From Glaucostegus cemiculus (taxonomy: Eukaryota): a stretch of DNA of 64,000 nt. The notes below the pieces were generated by a model. It had not been told where the DNA came from and did not search any database. It worked only from the letters and a program-made list of their open reading frames with translations. The translations under genes were made by a program, and so were the position numbers. The first letter of the stretch is position 1. The number at the start of each line of letters is the position of its first letter. Location of the stretch: assembly GCA_976551045.1 (NCBI GenBank), contig CDPCPM010000056.1, positions 29,884,001 through 29,948,000 of the forward strand. The letters run 5' to 3'. Below are positions 26,701-39,949 of this stretch, piece by piece.

Positions 26701-29700
26701 ATAATTAAGTGTTCTTCCTTGTCAAAACTTAGTTTTAGCTATATTGCAGTTTGAGACAACTATGAATAACAAGTTTAAACTAGTGTAATTCAAGAGTTTA
26801 AAAAGTTTATTACTGCAAAATGTTCAGTTTTCCATTCTCAATCCAAATTGCTGGAATTCTCCCAATACCATTTATTTCAAAATCTAAAGAAGTATGTTGC
26901 CATTGACTAAGCATGGTATTCTCTTATAAATAATGCAATAATATTATTGCAATTTTAATTGAGAAATGATTTACAATCACTCACAAAGGAACGAATGACA
27001 TTATGAGACTGGAAAAGGTTCTGTAGTCTAATCTGTCCTCAAAAGAAAAACAATTCAATCATTCTTGCTCTCCTTTTCTCTTTACACACACTATGTGCCT
27101 CCACAAGCAATCCTTCCCACGTGCTCTGCATGAAATAACTTAATCCAAATTGTCACTATACTTGAAAATCTTGAACATGTACTCTCTAGATCTACAGTTT
27201 GTGACAACTTACAGCATGTTGATCCCAGAGGAATTCCACGTTCGGTATAGATTTTATATTTTGAATTACTGGGCTTTTTCATTTTAATTGTCACCAACAT
27301 TTCTGCTCACTTCTGAACCCTCGTTCCAGTACCTTTAGTCCTGCAGTCCTTCACAGTAATCAATGTTTATGTATTCTGGGATTGCTAATTGTGAATGGAG
27401 AAAGCTTGTCTGAGTCCAGAAATAATTTCATAACTTACGACTGCATAGAACATCTCAGCTTTTCTAATTAGCATATTTTAGTACCAGTGATGCTACTCAA
27501 ATATAACACTGTTCCAAACTCTAGCCAAATGTCTCTTCTTTGAAGATAGCACTAGGCATTAGGAAAGACATTCAGGTTGGGTAAAGTAAACCTAGTGACA
27601 GAATAGACACAGTAAGTAAATAAGAAGTGAGATAAAAGATTAATTTTGATCTATTAGCTCTTTTATTCCATTTGATCCCATTTATGGCTCTTACAATTTG
27701 TTGCTGAGTAAAGAAATGAGTAGAAGCATTACTGGGTAAATTAGACCAACATTTGTATAAAAGCTACATTAAAATGAGTTACATGATGATAAGTAAGCTC
27801 ACATTTGATGTTCACCTCTAAAAATTCCTGTTGTTACTGAAGGTCAACGTACACTTTTGTAGATTGCTTTGATTCCAGTTAATAGGAGATACAAAAATAA
27901 ACAGAGGCCAGGAACGAAAACAAAGAAACTTTGAAAGAAACTTAGACTTAAAAACAAAATCAGCAAGTTCAATGTCTACATTTTCATTCCACTTAAACTT
28001 GACTATGGAGGATTCTCTCAACTCGGACTCTATTTCAACCTAGATTCCCTCTCCACAAACTGTTTGCATAGGCAGTGGGTCACAACAATACTGACGAGCT
28101 GAAGACAGCACTCGCATGAGTGCCCACTAATAAGCAAAGATCACCGTTTATCTAAGAGGTCAAATGCCTGTTGGCTTGGGTCACGACCTAAACAACTTAT
28201 GTCATGACCCTTACACGTGCCTGGAATGATGCCATTCTGACCTGGGTCAGCTGCTAATGGTGCAGGCCATAAATTAGATTGCGCCTTGCACTTTTTCAAA
28301 AGAAAGTTTGTCTTCCTCCAATGCAGTATCTTTCTAAGTTTAACTCGATACATATATGGGACACCGGAATGACAAAGAGCTTATCTATTAATTACAAACT
28401 AAATACAAAGGATAACTAGATCACATAGGACTGTTCAATCCTATTTCTTTACCACATTTAATTCCCTAGCAGATCTGAAATTGAACAGTTTTTTCAAGAA
28501 CTATTGCGTGTTGTTAAGTAGCAGCAAACACTAGCTTAAAACAGATCATTCCCGAATACTTAAAATCTGAATTATTTTAATCTTTGAAAAATGTTCTTGA
28601 TAGTTATAAAACTCTCAATTATCTTTTTCACTGCATGATCATGAAAGTCTTTTTCATCCAAAACCTGGACTGTTAAAATTGCTGATAACTTTATTTCATA
28701 TCCCATGCAACCTCATCAAATAGCACTACAACTCTGAAATCCTTCGTAACAGATTATAACGTTGTGCTTTTTCCACTGACTGCTACACTGTGGCCATTAT
28801 TCCACTCCCACACTTCTTCCACAAAGGGGATATTCCCCAGAATAGTTCTAGAATGTTCTCCTACTGGCCTATAACTAAGTTCTTATGCTGAACAATTAGA
28901 AAATTCAGAACAGTTGGTTAGATACAAGGCTCTGATGGTTTCTATATTGAGGATCTCTGGAGCAATTCTAATTTAAATTAACTGGAAACAAACAATCCCT
29001 GAATTCAGGCCTTAACAACTTTTAAAGCAAATAGTACATCAGAAGAAAATAATAAAGCCAAAGACAATTATTGACTACAGTTTCATAAGTTTGTTTAAAA
29101 ATTACATATGCTTGTACCTTGAGATTTCCCAGAGATTGCTTTTTTTTACAATTGCACTTTGTCCATGAAATTAATATTCACAGCAAAATATTTCCAAACT
29201 TCAACCAGTTTCTTATTATCAGTAATTAGTTGCCATGGTTAATACAGCTTTTCTTTAATTTCAGAAGGCTTAGGCATTGCTGAATTGTTAAATTTATTTG
29301 AAGAAAAGGTTTATAGTTTTCTTAACCAAAGTATTGAGCACTTGTTGAAAAGTTCAGTTATCTGCAGAAAATATCAGAAAACACCTCTTTTCAATTTTAG
29401 AAGAAAATTGTTTGATTAAATGAATAAAAAAAAACAAATAGCGATATAATCGCTGTTCCCCAAAACATGTCACTTCAGAATCAGACTACAGGAAAGAGCC
29501 AAGCATCAGCAAAAAAAAAGTGGCCACGTATTCCCATGTTGGCTTTGGCATGTTGGACAAAGCACTTTTTAGAGTTCATGCTTTATGCCAGCACTGGCAG
29601 CTGCTCAGTCCATTGAAAACTCCTGAACCTTCCAAGCAGGCCAAAATTGGATCCAGTAGATTTTCAGTGCACAACTCTCAGTGAACATCATGAATTTAAA

Positions 29701-31004
29701 AATACATATTGTTTAAGAGCATCGTGTGCATTTCACGTTGCTTATTTTAGTGAACACGGGAGTAAACATTTTAGGTTAATACTGACCTGTTCCTTGCCAC
29801 TTCATAGTTGAGATAAAAGGTAGTATGCTATGCGTGAATGGATCAGAATATATTTTCCAATGCATTTGGACCTTCAGCAATTCTCCCTGTTATTTTCGGA
29901 GCCAATGGCCATAAAGCTGACTAGGTTTTAAACTGGCAAAGCACTCTGGATTTAGGACAAACAAAACCACGATAGGTGGCAGCGACAATCACATAAATAT
30001 TTCCTAAAAGCAAAAAGTTTCAGGAAAACAACAGATTCGAAACTGCAAATGACTTCAGAGAGTAAAGTTTGTATGTTACGTATTCTAAGTACTTGCTATT
30101 CTGAAGACCAGTGACTTGTAATGATATCGTTACAACAGGAAGAGGTCAAAGACTTTAGAATTACTCGCTAAGAGTGACAAGCATAAGAAATAAAATCTAA
30201 ATATTCAGAAAACATTTCCACATCAACTTTTTTTATAACCACCACCTGTATTTACCATATATACACATATACCTGTTCTCATGGTGTACCTGTAAATAAG
30301 AAAATCTGAAAAAGAACACATGAGAACTTTATCCTGGAAGCTGGTGGAGAGCAGCCATATACTATGTTATTCTGCCACTATAAGCAGTGTGTAGAATCCA
30401 AAGTTTGACACTTCACTTGGGCAGCAGACAGTTCACAGCACAAGACTCTTAGCTGCAGATTGCCACTGCTGAACCCAAGCTGGCATAATTCTTGTGCCAG
30501 CACTGGCTGACCCAAATTGTCAAACTTTTGGTCATGCTTTTTCAGTTGCGGGTGTTCTGTATATTTTGATTTGCACATCACACGTTCACACTAAAATATT
30601 GGTAATTTTCTTTTTACTTGTAAACTAAATATAATTCTGATGGGAATTTTCATCTTCCATCTTGGGCTATGAAGGGTGGGAGTGGGAGGAAAGAAAGAGA
30701 ATGCTGGTTTGATCATGAAGGGCGTGAGAAACACAGCTGGAGAGTTTAACAGCAGTTTGTAGATCCGGCCTGTAATGAGCATTTATGACCATTACACAAA
30801 AGAAACAAAAATGCTGATCAAAATCACAGATTGCTTTAACAAGTTTAGGCTACACTTGCAACAGGATAGGATCTAAATTATTTTCAAGAGCATGCAGAAG
30901 AAAGTTAACTTGATAAAAAGTACATACACAAGACAACCATTATGTAAGGTTACATTTAAGGTGAGGATACATGCAGCATAATCATTTCACAAAAACTAGA
31001 TTCA

Positions 31005-31592
<588 letters not shown>

Positions 31593-34500
31593 CTAAAAAA
31601 GTAAAATAAAACAGAAGAGAAAGAAATAAGCAAAAATGAAGTTCTGACAAAAGAAACAGCATCACACTTGAACATTCATTAGAATTGTCTTCTTATAAAG
31701 TAAACAAATGAAAAAAATTTGAAAAAATCAAGAGACATTTCACTTAAATAAGAGATTTGATTCAATACCATTGTAACCTCAGACCAGCACAGTATTTTGT
31801 TCAAAGCTGGACTTAGAAAAATTTATGCCATGTACAGTGAGAATTCTTTGTGTGGAACAGTCAGAAAGATGCCGACGGCATAACTGAAAGCACCCATGTA
31901 GGTAACGTCCAGAACACTTGCCAATATTCAAGACATTCCCTGCGTGTGCTTGGTTTGTTTATGAAGAGCTTTCCCAAAACAGTAGAGAAAGATCCCTCGA
32001 CTAAAGCATGGGTGCTTTCATTAACCTTCGCCAGCTTTAAAAAAAATGCAGATCTCTTTACTCTCCGTCCCCAACCCCTTTGCATGTGGTGTAGCCAGCA
32101 TGAGCCCGCCTATTTGGCAAATTCCACACACTAGAATGCCAATCAACAGCTCGTACGAGGGGGCTTTGTGCAAAGCAAGAGAGGACAACCCCCCCCCTCC
32201 ACAAGATGGTTTCAAACACAGCAAGTCTGTACAGTCAGAAAAAAATCTGCATATTCTTCATTGTGAATTCATGCTATTTTCACAAGAAATGTCACATTGA
32301 GCTGTGCCCTTGTGCACAAAAATTAAAAATAAAAACACGCTTATGCATTATTTGAATCTATATACAGATAATGCCACATAAGAAGTATTGAATAGTTATT
32401 AATAAAGTAGTTTATTTGCAATCCTTATTCAATAATAATAATAAAACAAATTTTCACCATCCCCTTTACCCAACTAGTAAATACATTAAAAATCTGTAAA
32501 TCTAGAGGGGAAACTGTAATCATTACCAACCTTTCAAATCCAATTTTTAATCAATAACATAAAAGTGACTCGGGAAAACTGTTAACTACTCACAGGGATT
32601 ACAGCATAAACAATAACAAAGCACTGTTAAACGCTTTTTAAATGTCTATTATTTTCATTTAGATTTAACTAGTCAAAACCATATATTTTGATAAATAACT
32701 ATAAATTTAACATTAAATACATTAGTATAAAAACCCACAAAAAAATTCTGACCAAAACTGCCATCTGTCTTTTTTCTTTTGTTTAAACCAAATGCTGCAT
32801 AAAGTGTTTTTAAACAATAAAACAAAAGTAGCATCACTTTTACGATGACAAGGATGCAAAATCTGTTTTAACAGCAGAAAATAAAATTCTGAAATAGTGT
32901 GCATTTTACATTTGCTGAATAAAGTTGTGGATTTTCATTATATAAACTAGGCCACAGCAGTTCAGGCTGGAAGGGATTTTGCTTAATGATATAAATTAAT
33001 GAAAAAATGTTGCATTGGTGGGAACATTTGGAGGATTTTTAGATTAAAGTGAATTTTCATTTACCAACCTTTTTCCAGCCACACGACATCTGGCCTGTAA
33101 TTCTTCAAGCTTAACTGAATTCCTTTACTAAAATCATCTACACGTAGGTAACAATCTGTCCTGTAAAGGAGATTTTCAAACTGCCAAAACAAATAATGAA
33201 GCTCAAATTTATTAAATGACTACCTAAGCAGATATATGTCTCTTCCTATAGTGTCTCAAAGGTTGGGGAGAGAAAGTCAGGACAATATATTCATTCCTGA
33301 ACACAGTTTAAACAAATTAATTTCATAAAGTGTTAAAAGGGTTAACATTCCTGTTACGTTTCACCTCAGTCTAAACTTTTTGTTCTAAAATTCCTTAAAA
33401 TAAACTTTACTATAAGATTTCATTTGATCAGAGCATATAGTGCGGAGAAAGAAATCTCTTAAAATACATTTTCACCATTCTCCATTAGTTAATTCAGAAA
33501 TCAATTCTGCACCAAAGTGTTTATTGTAAATATGGCACAAATTGCCAACTCTGGAACTCATTCCAAGATAAAGAACTCAATCCTGACTAAAGTGAGTTTT
33601 TGGAGTGAATATAAATACAATACAGCCGTGAATGAAAACCTAGAGTCAGTATTTGACCTTGGTTGTGTGCATGCATGGAACAAGGGATGCCAGTGTGGTG
33701 ATACTATGTCACCACATTGATGTCCTTTGCTGTGGCCTTCAGATGCCACGAGTTCAGATCTGTCTTCTGCTGTTTTGTATTGCAACAGGATTCAGATCCA
33801 TAATACCCATTTGCAGTTGGGGAGGGGCAAGGTAAAATATTTTAAAAAAGGCAATTTAGTAAAATACAGATTATTTCTCAAAAACATAAAAACTGACTGA
33901 TTGACTTAAGGAAATTTACATTGTGCATTATCATAATGTTTAACTATTAAGCATGGTACATTAAAATTTTGCAATCACTTGCACATATAGATTTACATTT
34001 TAATTCAGTCCGAAGCCTACAAGTTTTATATATTCTTGCATCGACTTTATGTTGGAAATCATCCAATGTACAGTTTCCTTGCTCTACCACACTGCTAATT
34101 CAGAAAAGAAGCTTTAAATTACTTTAACCCATGTAACCGTCAATCCTACATCTTCCCCATGATGCCTGACATCTTTCCTTCTCAATCCCAATGTGAAATA
34201 AAAATACGTAACTTTTTTTCTGCAAAAAGAAAATCAGTTCGAAAAACAAAAATGAAATGCTACAAAAAGTGAATTTTGCAGGAAGAGGAAAAGTCCGCAG
34301 GATGGAAGGTTCGGTCGTCATTAGTATATTTATCCTCCTGCAGTCGCTCCTTATTATCTACAAATTAAACATCTATTATATTGTGAAAAGACTGGGGTAG
34401 TTACATTACATTTTGCAATTTGATGTTAGCTCCCAGGACAGGCAACATTGATGTATAAAGAGTGCTGAGTTGCATTTTTTAACCAAAAACATTATGTTTT

Positions 34501-37132
34501 CCCCCAATTAAAGCCTATTTTCCCCTTTTCATTTTTTAAACAAAGATCCCTAGTTTGAGCTGATTTCTAAATATTTTACATTTCTGAAGGCCAAACCACT
34601 TAGTTCCTAAGTGACAATCAGTGAAGTTGTGGTTGTTGTGGGTCTATTTTCATATAAACCTCAGCACTGCACTTCAGTGCAGCAAGCACGTTCTTCTTTT
34701 GGCACTGCCACATCAATTAGTGTATACAGTCTAAAATGATGAAGCAGACTAAGCACCAATGTTCCTTTAAGTGGTCAAAAACTTTGCATACTTATATTAT
34801 AGCTCTGATAATTGGAGTTCTTTATTGTTTACAAACAACTGTCTCTGAGCGCTGAAAATCAAATTCTCGACTTGCGGCCACTTACTGTTCATGTATTTTC
34901 CATACCTTTCCTTTCAAAATTAACTTTTTTAAAAAAACAATCTAATGCATTTTAGATCATTTGATGCATTTTTTTTCCTCTTGTGCGTACATTTTTTAAA
35001 TTAACAAAGCAGAACTTATTTTAAAAGAAGTTTTTAAAGTCTTTAAAACAAAATGTGACAGTGATCAAAATGTACACATTACCGGGCATGAATGTTATTT
35101 TTTGCTGTACTTTACTGTTTAAAAAACAAATTATATATAATAGACTGAGAACAAAAGAAAAATATTGCAGATGCTGGAAATTGTTTTTATTCAACAGATC
35201 AGTTATCTTTATTCAATATTGTAACCACTGTACCAACAACCTCTTAAATTTAAGAGACTTTACATTTTTTTCCTGGAGCACTTGTCCTTTAAAATAACAT
35301 TTAAATATAAAAAGTAGATTCCTCAAAGAATGTGGTATTAAGTGTGTGGCTGAAGGCTGGTTTAAAACTGAAGGCCTCAATAACTAAATTACCTACAGTT
35401 AACAACTCCATTGTTCAAAATGATATACTAGAAAGTATTCCGAAATGTACTCACAATGCGAATAACGTCAGAAATGAATGACTTCTTGCGCATTTAATAA
35501 TACAGGAAAAGTACAAAATGTTTTGTGACATTTAAGTTACTGAAAATTGTGAAGAGCTTATATTAAACTTTTACATCAATTTTAAAATATTGACTAACTT
35601 TCTAGCAGGTAGCAAAACACCGAATAATTTGCTGTGTTCATGGGGAACGCCAACTTGGGAAATATAACAACAGTTACTTCAAGATGGTCATACTGACTTT
35701 GGCTTTATATAGCTGTTGGTGCGAAATTAAAGTCATAATTCGAATCTTTTCCACAGTCTGTGTAGTAGATTTTAAAAGCTTTTGTAAAGACCTTGATGCT
35801 GCCCCCACCCACACAAGGGAAAGTTATTAATTAAGTAGATCCATAGAAACATTGCAAAGAATGTCTATTGCTGATAAAGCTTTGGAAACTTCTAAATCAC
35901 GTGTAACTTTTTTTAAAGAAACAGACTGACTACCAAAGATTCACAAACATTTTGTTGGTAATATTGGAAATAACAATATTTTTTTTTTGGGGGGGGGAAT
36001 CCGTACGTAGATTTGTTTTATAAAATCGGAGATCCAGAATCCACTTTATACGGTCCATGTGTGTTTTTTTAAACCAAAAGTCTTGGAATTACCGTGGGTT
36101 AAATTTCCTAGGGTGTGTGGAAGTATAAAATAAAACAGATTTCGAAGCAAAACCGCAATCTGGAAACTTGAGTGTAAAGAAACGCGGCCCGCCAGCAGCC
36201 AACGCTTCCACCGGGGAAACCCCGACCAAAAGGAGCGTCAATAAAAAACACTGTCAGAAGGGGAAACCTTCGGGGTCGCCAACTGAATGGTCCCGACTTA
36301 CAGAGAGGAATGACATAGGTGATGGGCTGGGGGTGAGGGAGAGGAGGGGAGGGAGAAGAGGGGAGGAGGGGGAAGTTGTTGAGACAAATAAAAATAATAA
36401 GGAACTCGAAAGGGAAGCCGATGTCGTGTCTAAACCACAATGCCCGCAACCACCCATCACATTTGCAGAAGTGCTCCAGAAAGTTAGAGGAGCTCAACCT
36501 CCCAGGGAAAGCAACTTGGCCAGACGGTACTCCACACCTGACGGGACCTCGGTGCCCCGCCAAGAAACTCTCGCCGTCAAGTCGACTTCAGCCTGGGGAG
36601 AGCCAGCCTCGACAGCGGGCACACGGAGCGCAGTGCTCGCCGAACCCGCTGGCCGGGCGCTGCGGCGTGCTGAGCAGGCGTTAGCGGGATTGTTATCAAA
36701 GATATTATTTTTAAAAAAATCAAACTTCCGCGCACCGCTGTTGTGAGTAAACTCCGTACCTTACAGTCAAAACAAAAGCGTGCTTCCCCGTCGCTCGCTT
36801 TCCACCCACCCCCCTCCTTCAAAAAAATAACAGCAGCCATCGCCACACTTCGCTAGCCTGGGGAAGTCTTCGGAAATGCACAGCACCTCTGCAAAAACCG
36901 CTCTTGGAAAAGGTAATTTGTAAAAATATTTTCTCAAAATTTACAGTCAAAAATAATAAATATTAATACGTATCCGCCATTAGCCATGTGCCTCAATGGG
37001 GCAGATCGCTGAGCCCACTCACTGATCTGAGAGGCAGCAGGAGGCAGGGGGGGAAAAGAGAGGAAAAAAAAGTTTAATAAAATACCATGCTGGCCTCTAA
37101 AGGGATACAAATGTTGCAAAAATGTATCCTAC
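31593..37132 (-). other. NFIA: NFIA intron 1 (5540 nt, GT-AG, phase 0)
   Basis: Bounded by the exon 1 donor and the exon 2 acceptor, and the frame is preserved. Confidence 0.9.
36760..36840 (-). CDS. Candidate alternative first coding exon of NFIA (MAAVIFLKEGGGWKASDGEARFCFDCK)
   Basis: Strong Kozak GCGATGG, exactly 27 codons, ending at AAG|GTACGG (phase 0, compatible with exon 2). It lies within the CpG island. No transcript evidence. Confidence 0.35.
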
Positions 37133-37159
37133 CTGGGTAAGACAGAGCGGAGAGTACAT
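37133..37159 (-). CDS. NFIA: NFIA coding exon 1 (MYSPLCLTQ)
   Basis: The minus strand reads ATG TAC TCT CCG CTC TGT CTT ACC CAG followed by donor GTAGGA. This matches the canonical NFIA N-terminus and joins exon 2 in phase 0 to give MYSPLCLTQDEFHPF. It lies inside a CpG island. Confidence 0.95.
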
Positions 37160-37242
37160 TATTGTGGCGGTGCTGGTGGTGGTGAGAGGAAAAGCCGGCT
37201 TTCACATTTCAGTCTCGAACTGAAGCCAGCTCGCTTCTCCAT
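37159..37242 (-). other. Upstream ORF (27 aa, MEKRAGFSSRLKCESRLFLSPPPAPPQ) ending in a TAATG overlap with the NFIA start
   Basis: Read directly from the sequence. ATG at 37242 in AGGATGG context, with a TAA that uses the A of the NFIA ATG. Whether it lies in the mRNA is unknown. Confidence 0.45.
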
Positions 37243-39949
37243 CCTGAACTTTAACCCCGCCTATAGTTACTATATAGTCCACATCGCAACTCTGCCTCTC
37301 TCAGTGTGACAGTCGGGCGGCCGCCTCGCACACCTTCCCCTCCCTCGGTCTCACACCTGCTTTTGGGGGTGGTGGTGGGGGGGGAGATATTTTTTCCCGC
37401 CCGCTCGCGAGCTGCTTTCTACGGCAGCGGTCTTGATATTATGATAGAGAATTAAGCGGGGAAAAGTCAGGCGTGTAGCCTGTCAGTGAAGGGAGCGCTG
37501 GCTTTCTGCGAGCCAGACTGGACTACACCCCTCCCGATCGCTCCGCAGCTCCCGGCGCCACGCGAGCATCGCTCTCCCTTCTCTCGCTCTCTCTATGAGG
37601 GGGAAAAAAAAACCAGACCGACTGGATCTTTAAATAAAACCCGATCCCCCTTCCCAGCCCTGAGGCTCTGCGTCAACACCCGAATGCAGCAGGACATTGT
37701 GGCTGGATGCGGCGGCCAATGTGGAGAGCCCACAATGAACTTGGACTTGAGCTTGTGGCAGACTGAGTGCGTTTCTTTCTTGTGGCCCATTCATGGAAAG
37801 AAATTCCGCCACAAATGCCCGACGCCGTGACATATATATTAAGAAAGTTCTAAGTCTGCGTGCAACTTTCTTGTAAATAAATTATGGGGCGATTTGTTTG
37901 CCAGCAACAAAGTTAGTTGCGAAATGATTTGGGATTTTTCTTCCCCCGCCCCCATGAAGTCGTCTTTTAAAAAAAAATCTTTGATTTGTGCACTCAGGCT
38001 TTGGCGCCTTTTTCTAACAACAATAAATCACAATACATAACTAAGAATCATGTGTCTGTTTATTGGTTTTTTTCCTTCGCGTCACCCAGTCGAAAGTCAC
38101 GTCCACCGCTCCTCCGCCCGGCTGCCGTTCATTGTTTGACATTTTCTTTGCCTGCGCAAATGACCCATATGTAACACTGAGTGATAAGCGATTGGCTGGC
38201 CAGCGCGCATGCGCCCTCTCTGCAATGCTCTCTGGGTCTTGTAGTTTGAGAGCCTGTCCACTGCGCAACTTCGCTTTGAGGATACCGTCTAAGACAGCGC
38301 AACACACTTTGGTTTATCACAGATCGTGAAAGATAGATTAGTTTCTGTTAACGGACATATCTTTCTAAACAAATATACATGCTCTGAAGTGTTTCTGTCT
38401 TATATTTGCAACTGGGTTTTGGAGGTGTTTGTTTTAGCTGATGAACAGGGAGTGGGGTAGCAGCTTGGTGAAATTGTCAATAGATTGGGTGCAGCTCTGA
38501 ATTAAAGAAAAATCACAAATCGAAAGCAGAACCGAAATTCAGCGGAGTGAAAACATATGGCAGAAGGTTAGAAGCTCATCACAATGCAAAATATTCCAAC
38601 ATGTTGCAACCACAACCCTACTTGTTATCCATTAAACTTTTCAGTGTGTTAGCAACGTAGCAATAACTCGAAAATACAGCACGGGTTCTTTTCCAGAGGC
38701 ACGTGTTTGTTCAATTATCCTCAAATAAAAACGAACCCATCTTTGTCATCGTAGAATTTAAGACATGTGAACTAATTTATTCGGATAGATCTCCTGCAGT
38801 TTCTGTCCGATGGCATGTTAAGCATTTTGGCGAATTTTGTGGGGTTTCAAGACTTCCATTAAAAAGCCATCATAAAATATTTCAAGGTTCTGTATTACAA
38901 AGGACATTGGTACACATGTTTCACTCCACCAACGCTCAGAAATTCAATACTCAACGTTGATGAAAAATACTGTATTCCTAGAATGTTAAGAAGATAATGC
39001 AAAGCCTGGCATTGACCGTCAATAGAATGGAATGTGGCTGCTCTCTGGCAATGGCGAGAGCAGCATGGACAAAGCCTTTCATTGTAATGTAAGGAAGATG
39101 ATGGGAATTAAAAGAGTAAGTCATAACACCCATCGTTTCCACGCTTGGATCAGTCATCATACGAGACATATACAAGTCAACGCAATATACCATGAATCAT
39201 TATTCCAATACCATTTAAAGCCAAATTACTCCGGGGACTATTCCCAGCCCCCCATCCAAATTCTTGTTCACTTGCTGCCGAAATCCCTACGGCTATGATC
39301 GTTTATTTGAGCGTCAAAACTCCTTTAACACCTTAGAAAATCGCTTTACCTAAAGATGTGCAACATTTTAGCAGATTACATGCAAACGTTTCAAAGATAT
39401 CCACAGCTCTTATTCAAGAAGATCCCTCCTTCTGAAGGCAAGAGAAGTTACCAACTCTCTTGTCTACATATCAGAACACTGGATTTGGTACCTCGACACA
39501 TATTACCATAACAAACTAATGGACACTTAAAGGATGGCATGCAATGCCAAAGCGCGTGGGCAATGTTATTATACTAGAACTTATAATGGCAAATATTTCA
39601 ATACATGCAAATTGTATGTAATTGAAAACGTTATGTACAATTAAAACACAGTGCAATTTATTCCATGATTTGTTCTCATCTCACTTAAAGGAATTAAAAG
39701 GACAAGAAAGAAAAACACTTTTGCAAGAATGATCCTTTTATGAAGAAGGTATTGCAGTGTGTTTTTGTCTACACAATAAAGACCTGGAAATACACTGCAT
39801 TATAATCTATGAAAATAAAGCGTTGGATATAATCTTGTACTAATTGTCCTTATTGATTCAGCTTTAGTACTGTACATATTGAACTACAGTTCCCAAGATA
39901 CTCTTCTGAAATATCCTATTGCAAATAAACCAAACTTGATAGCGGAAAC

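Larger units (their letters stand above)
36100..38330. promoter_or_regulatory. CpG island / main NFIA promoter region
   Basis: GC- and CpG-rich block spanning exon 1. It has GC boxes (CCCCGCC ~37255, GGGCGG ~37315, CCCCGCCCCC ~37944), CCAAT motifs (~37717, ~38191) and a TATA-like palindrome CTATATAG at 37270-37277. Confidence 0.85.

Noticed and set aside
36168-36746. 192-aa plus-strand ORF (and overlapping 151-aa minus ORF)
   Set aside because: The plus ORF has a non-ATG start. Both lie in a GC-rich CpG island where stops are rare and show no recognisable domain.
39535-39551. Full NFI palindromic site TGGC-N7-GCCAA (also TGGC-N3-GCCA near 34700)
   Set aside because: Spacing differs from the required TTGGC-N5-GCCAA.
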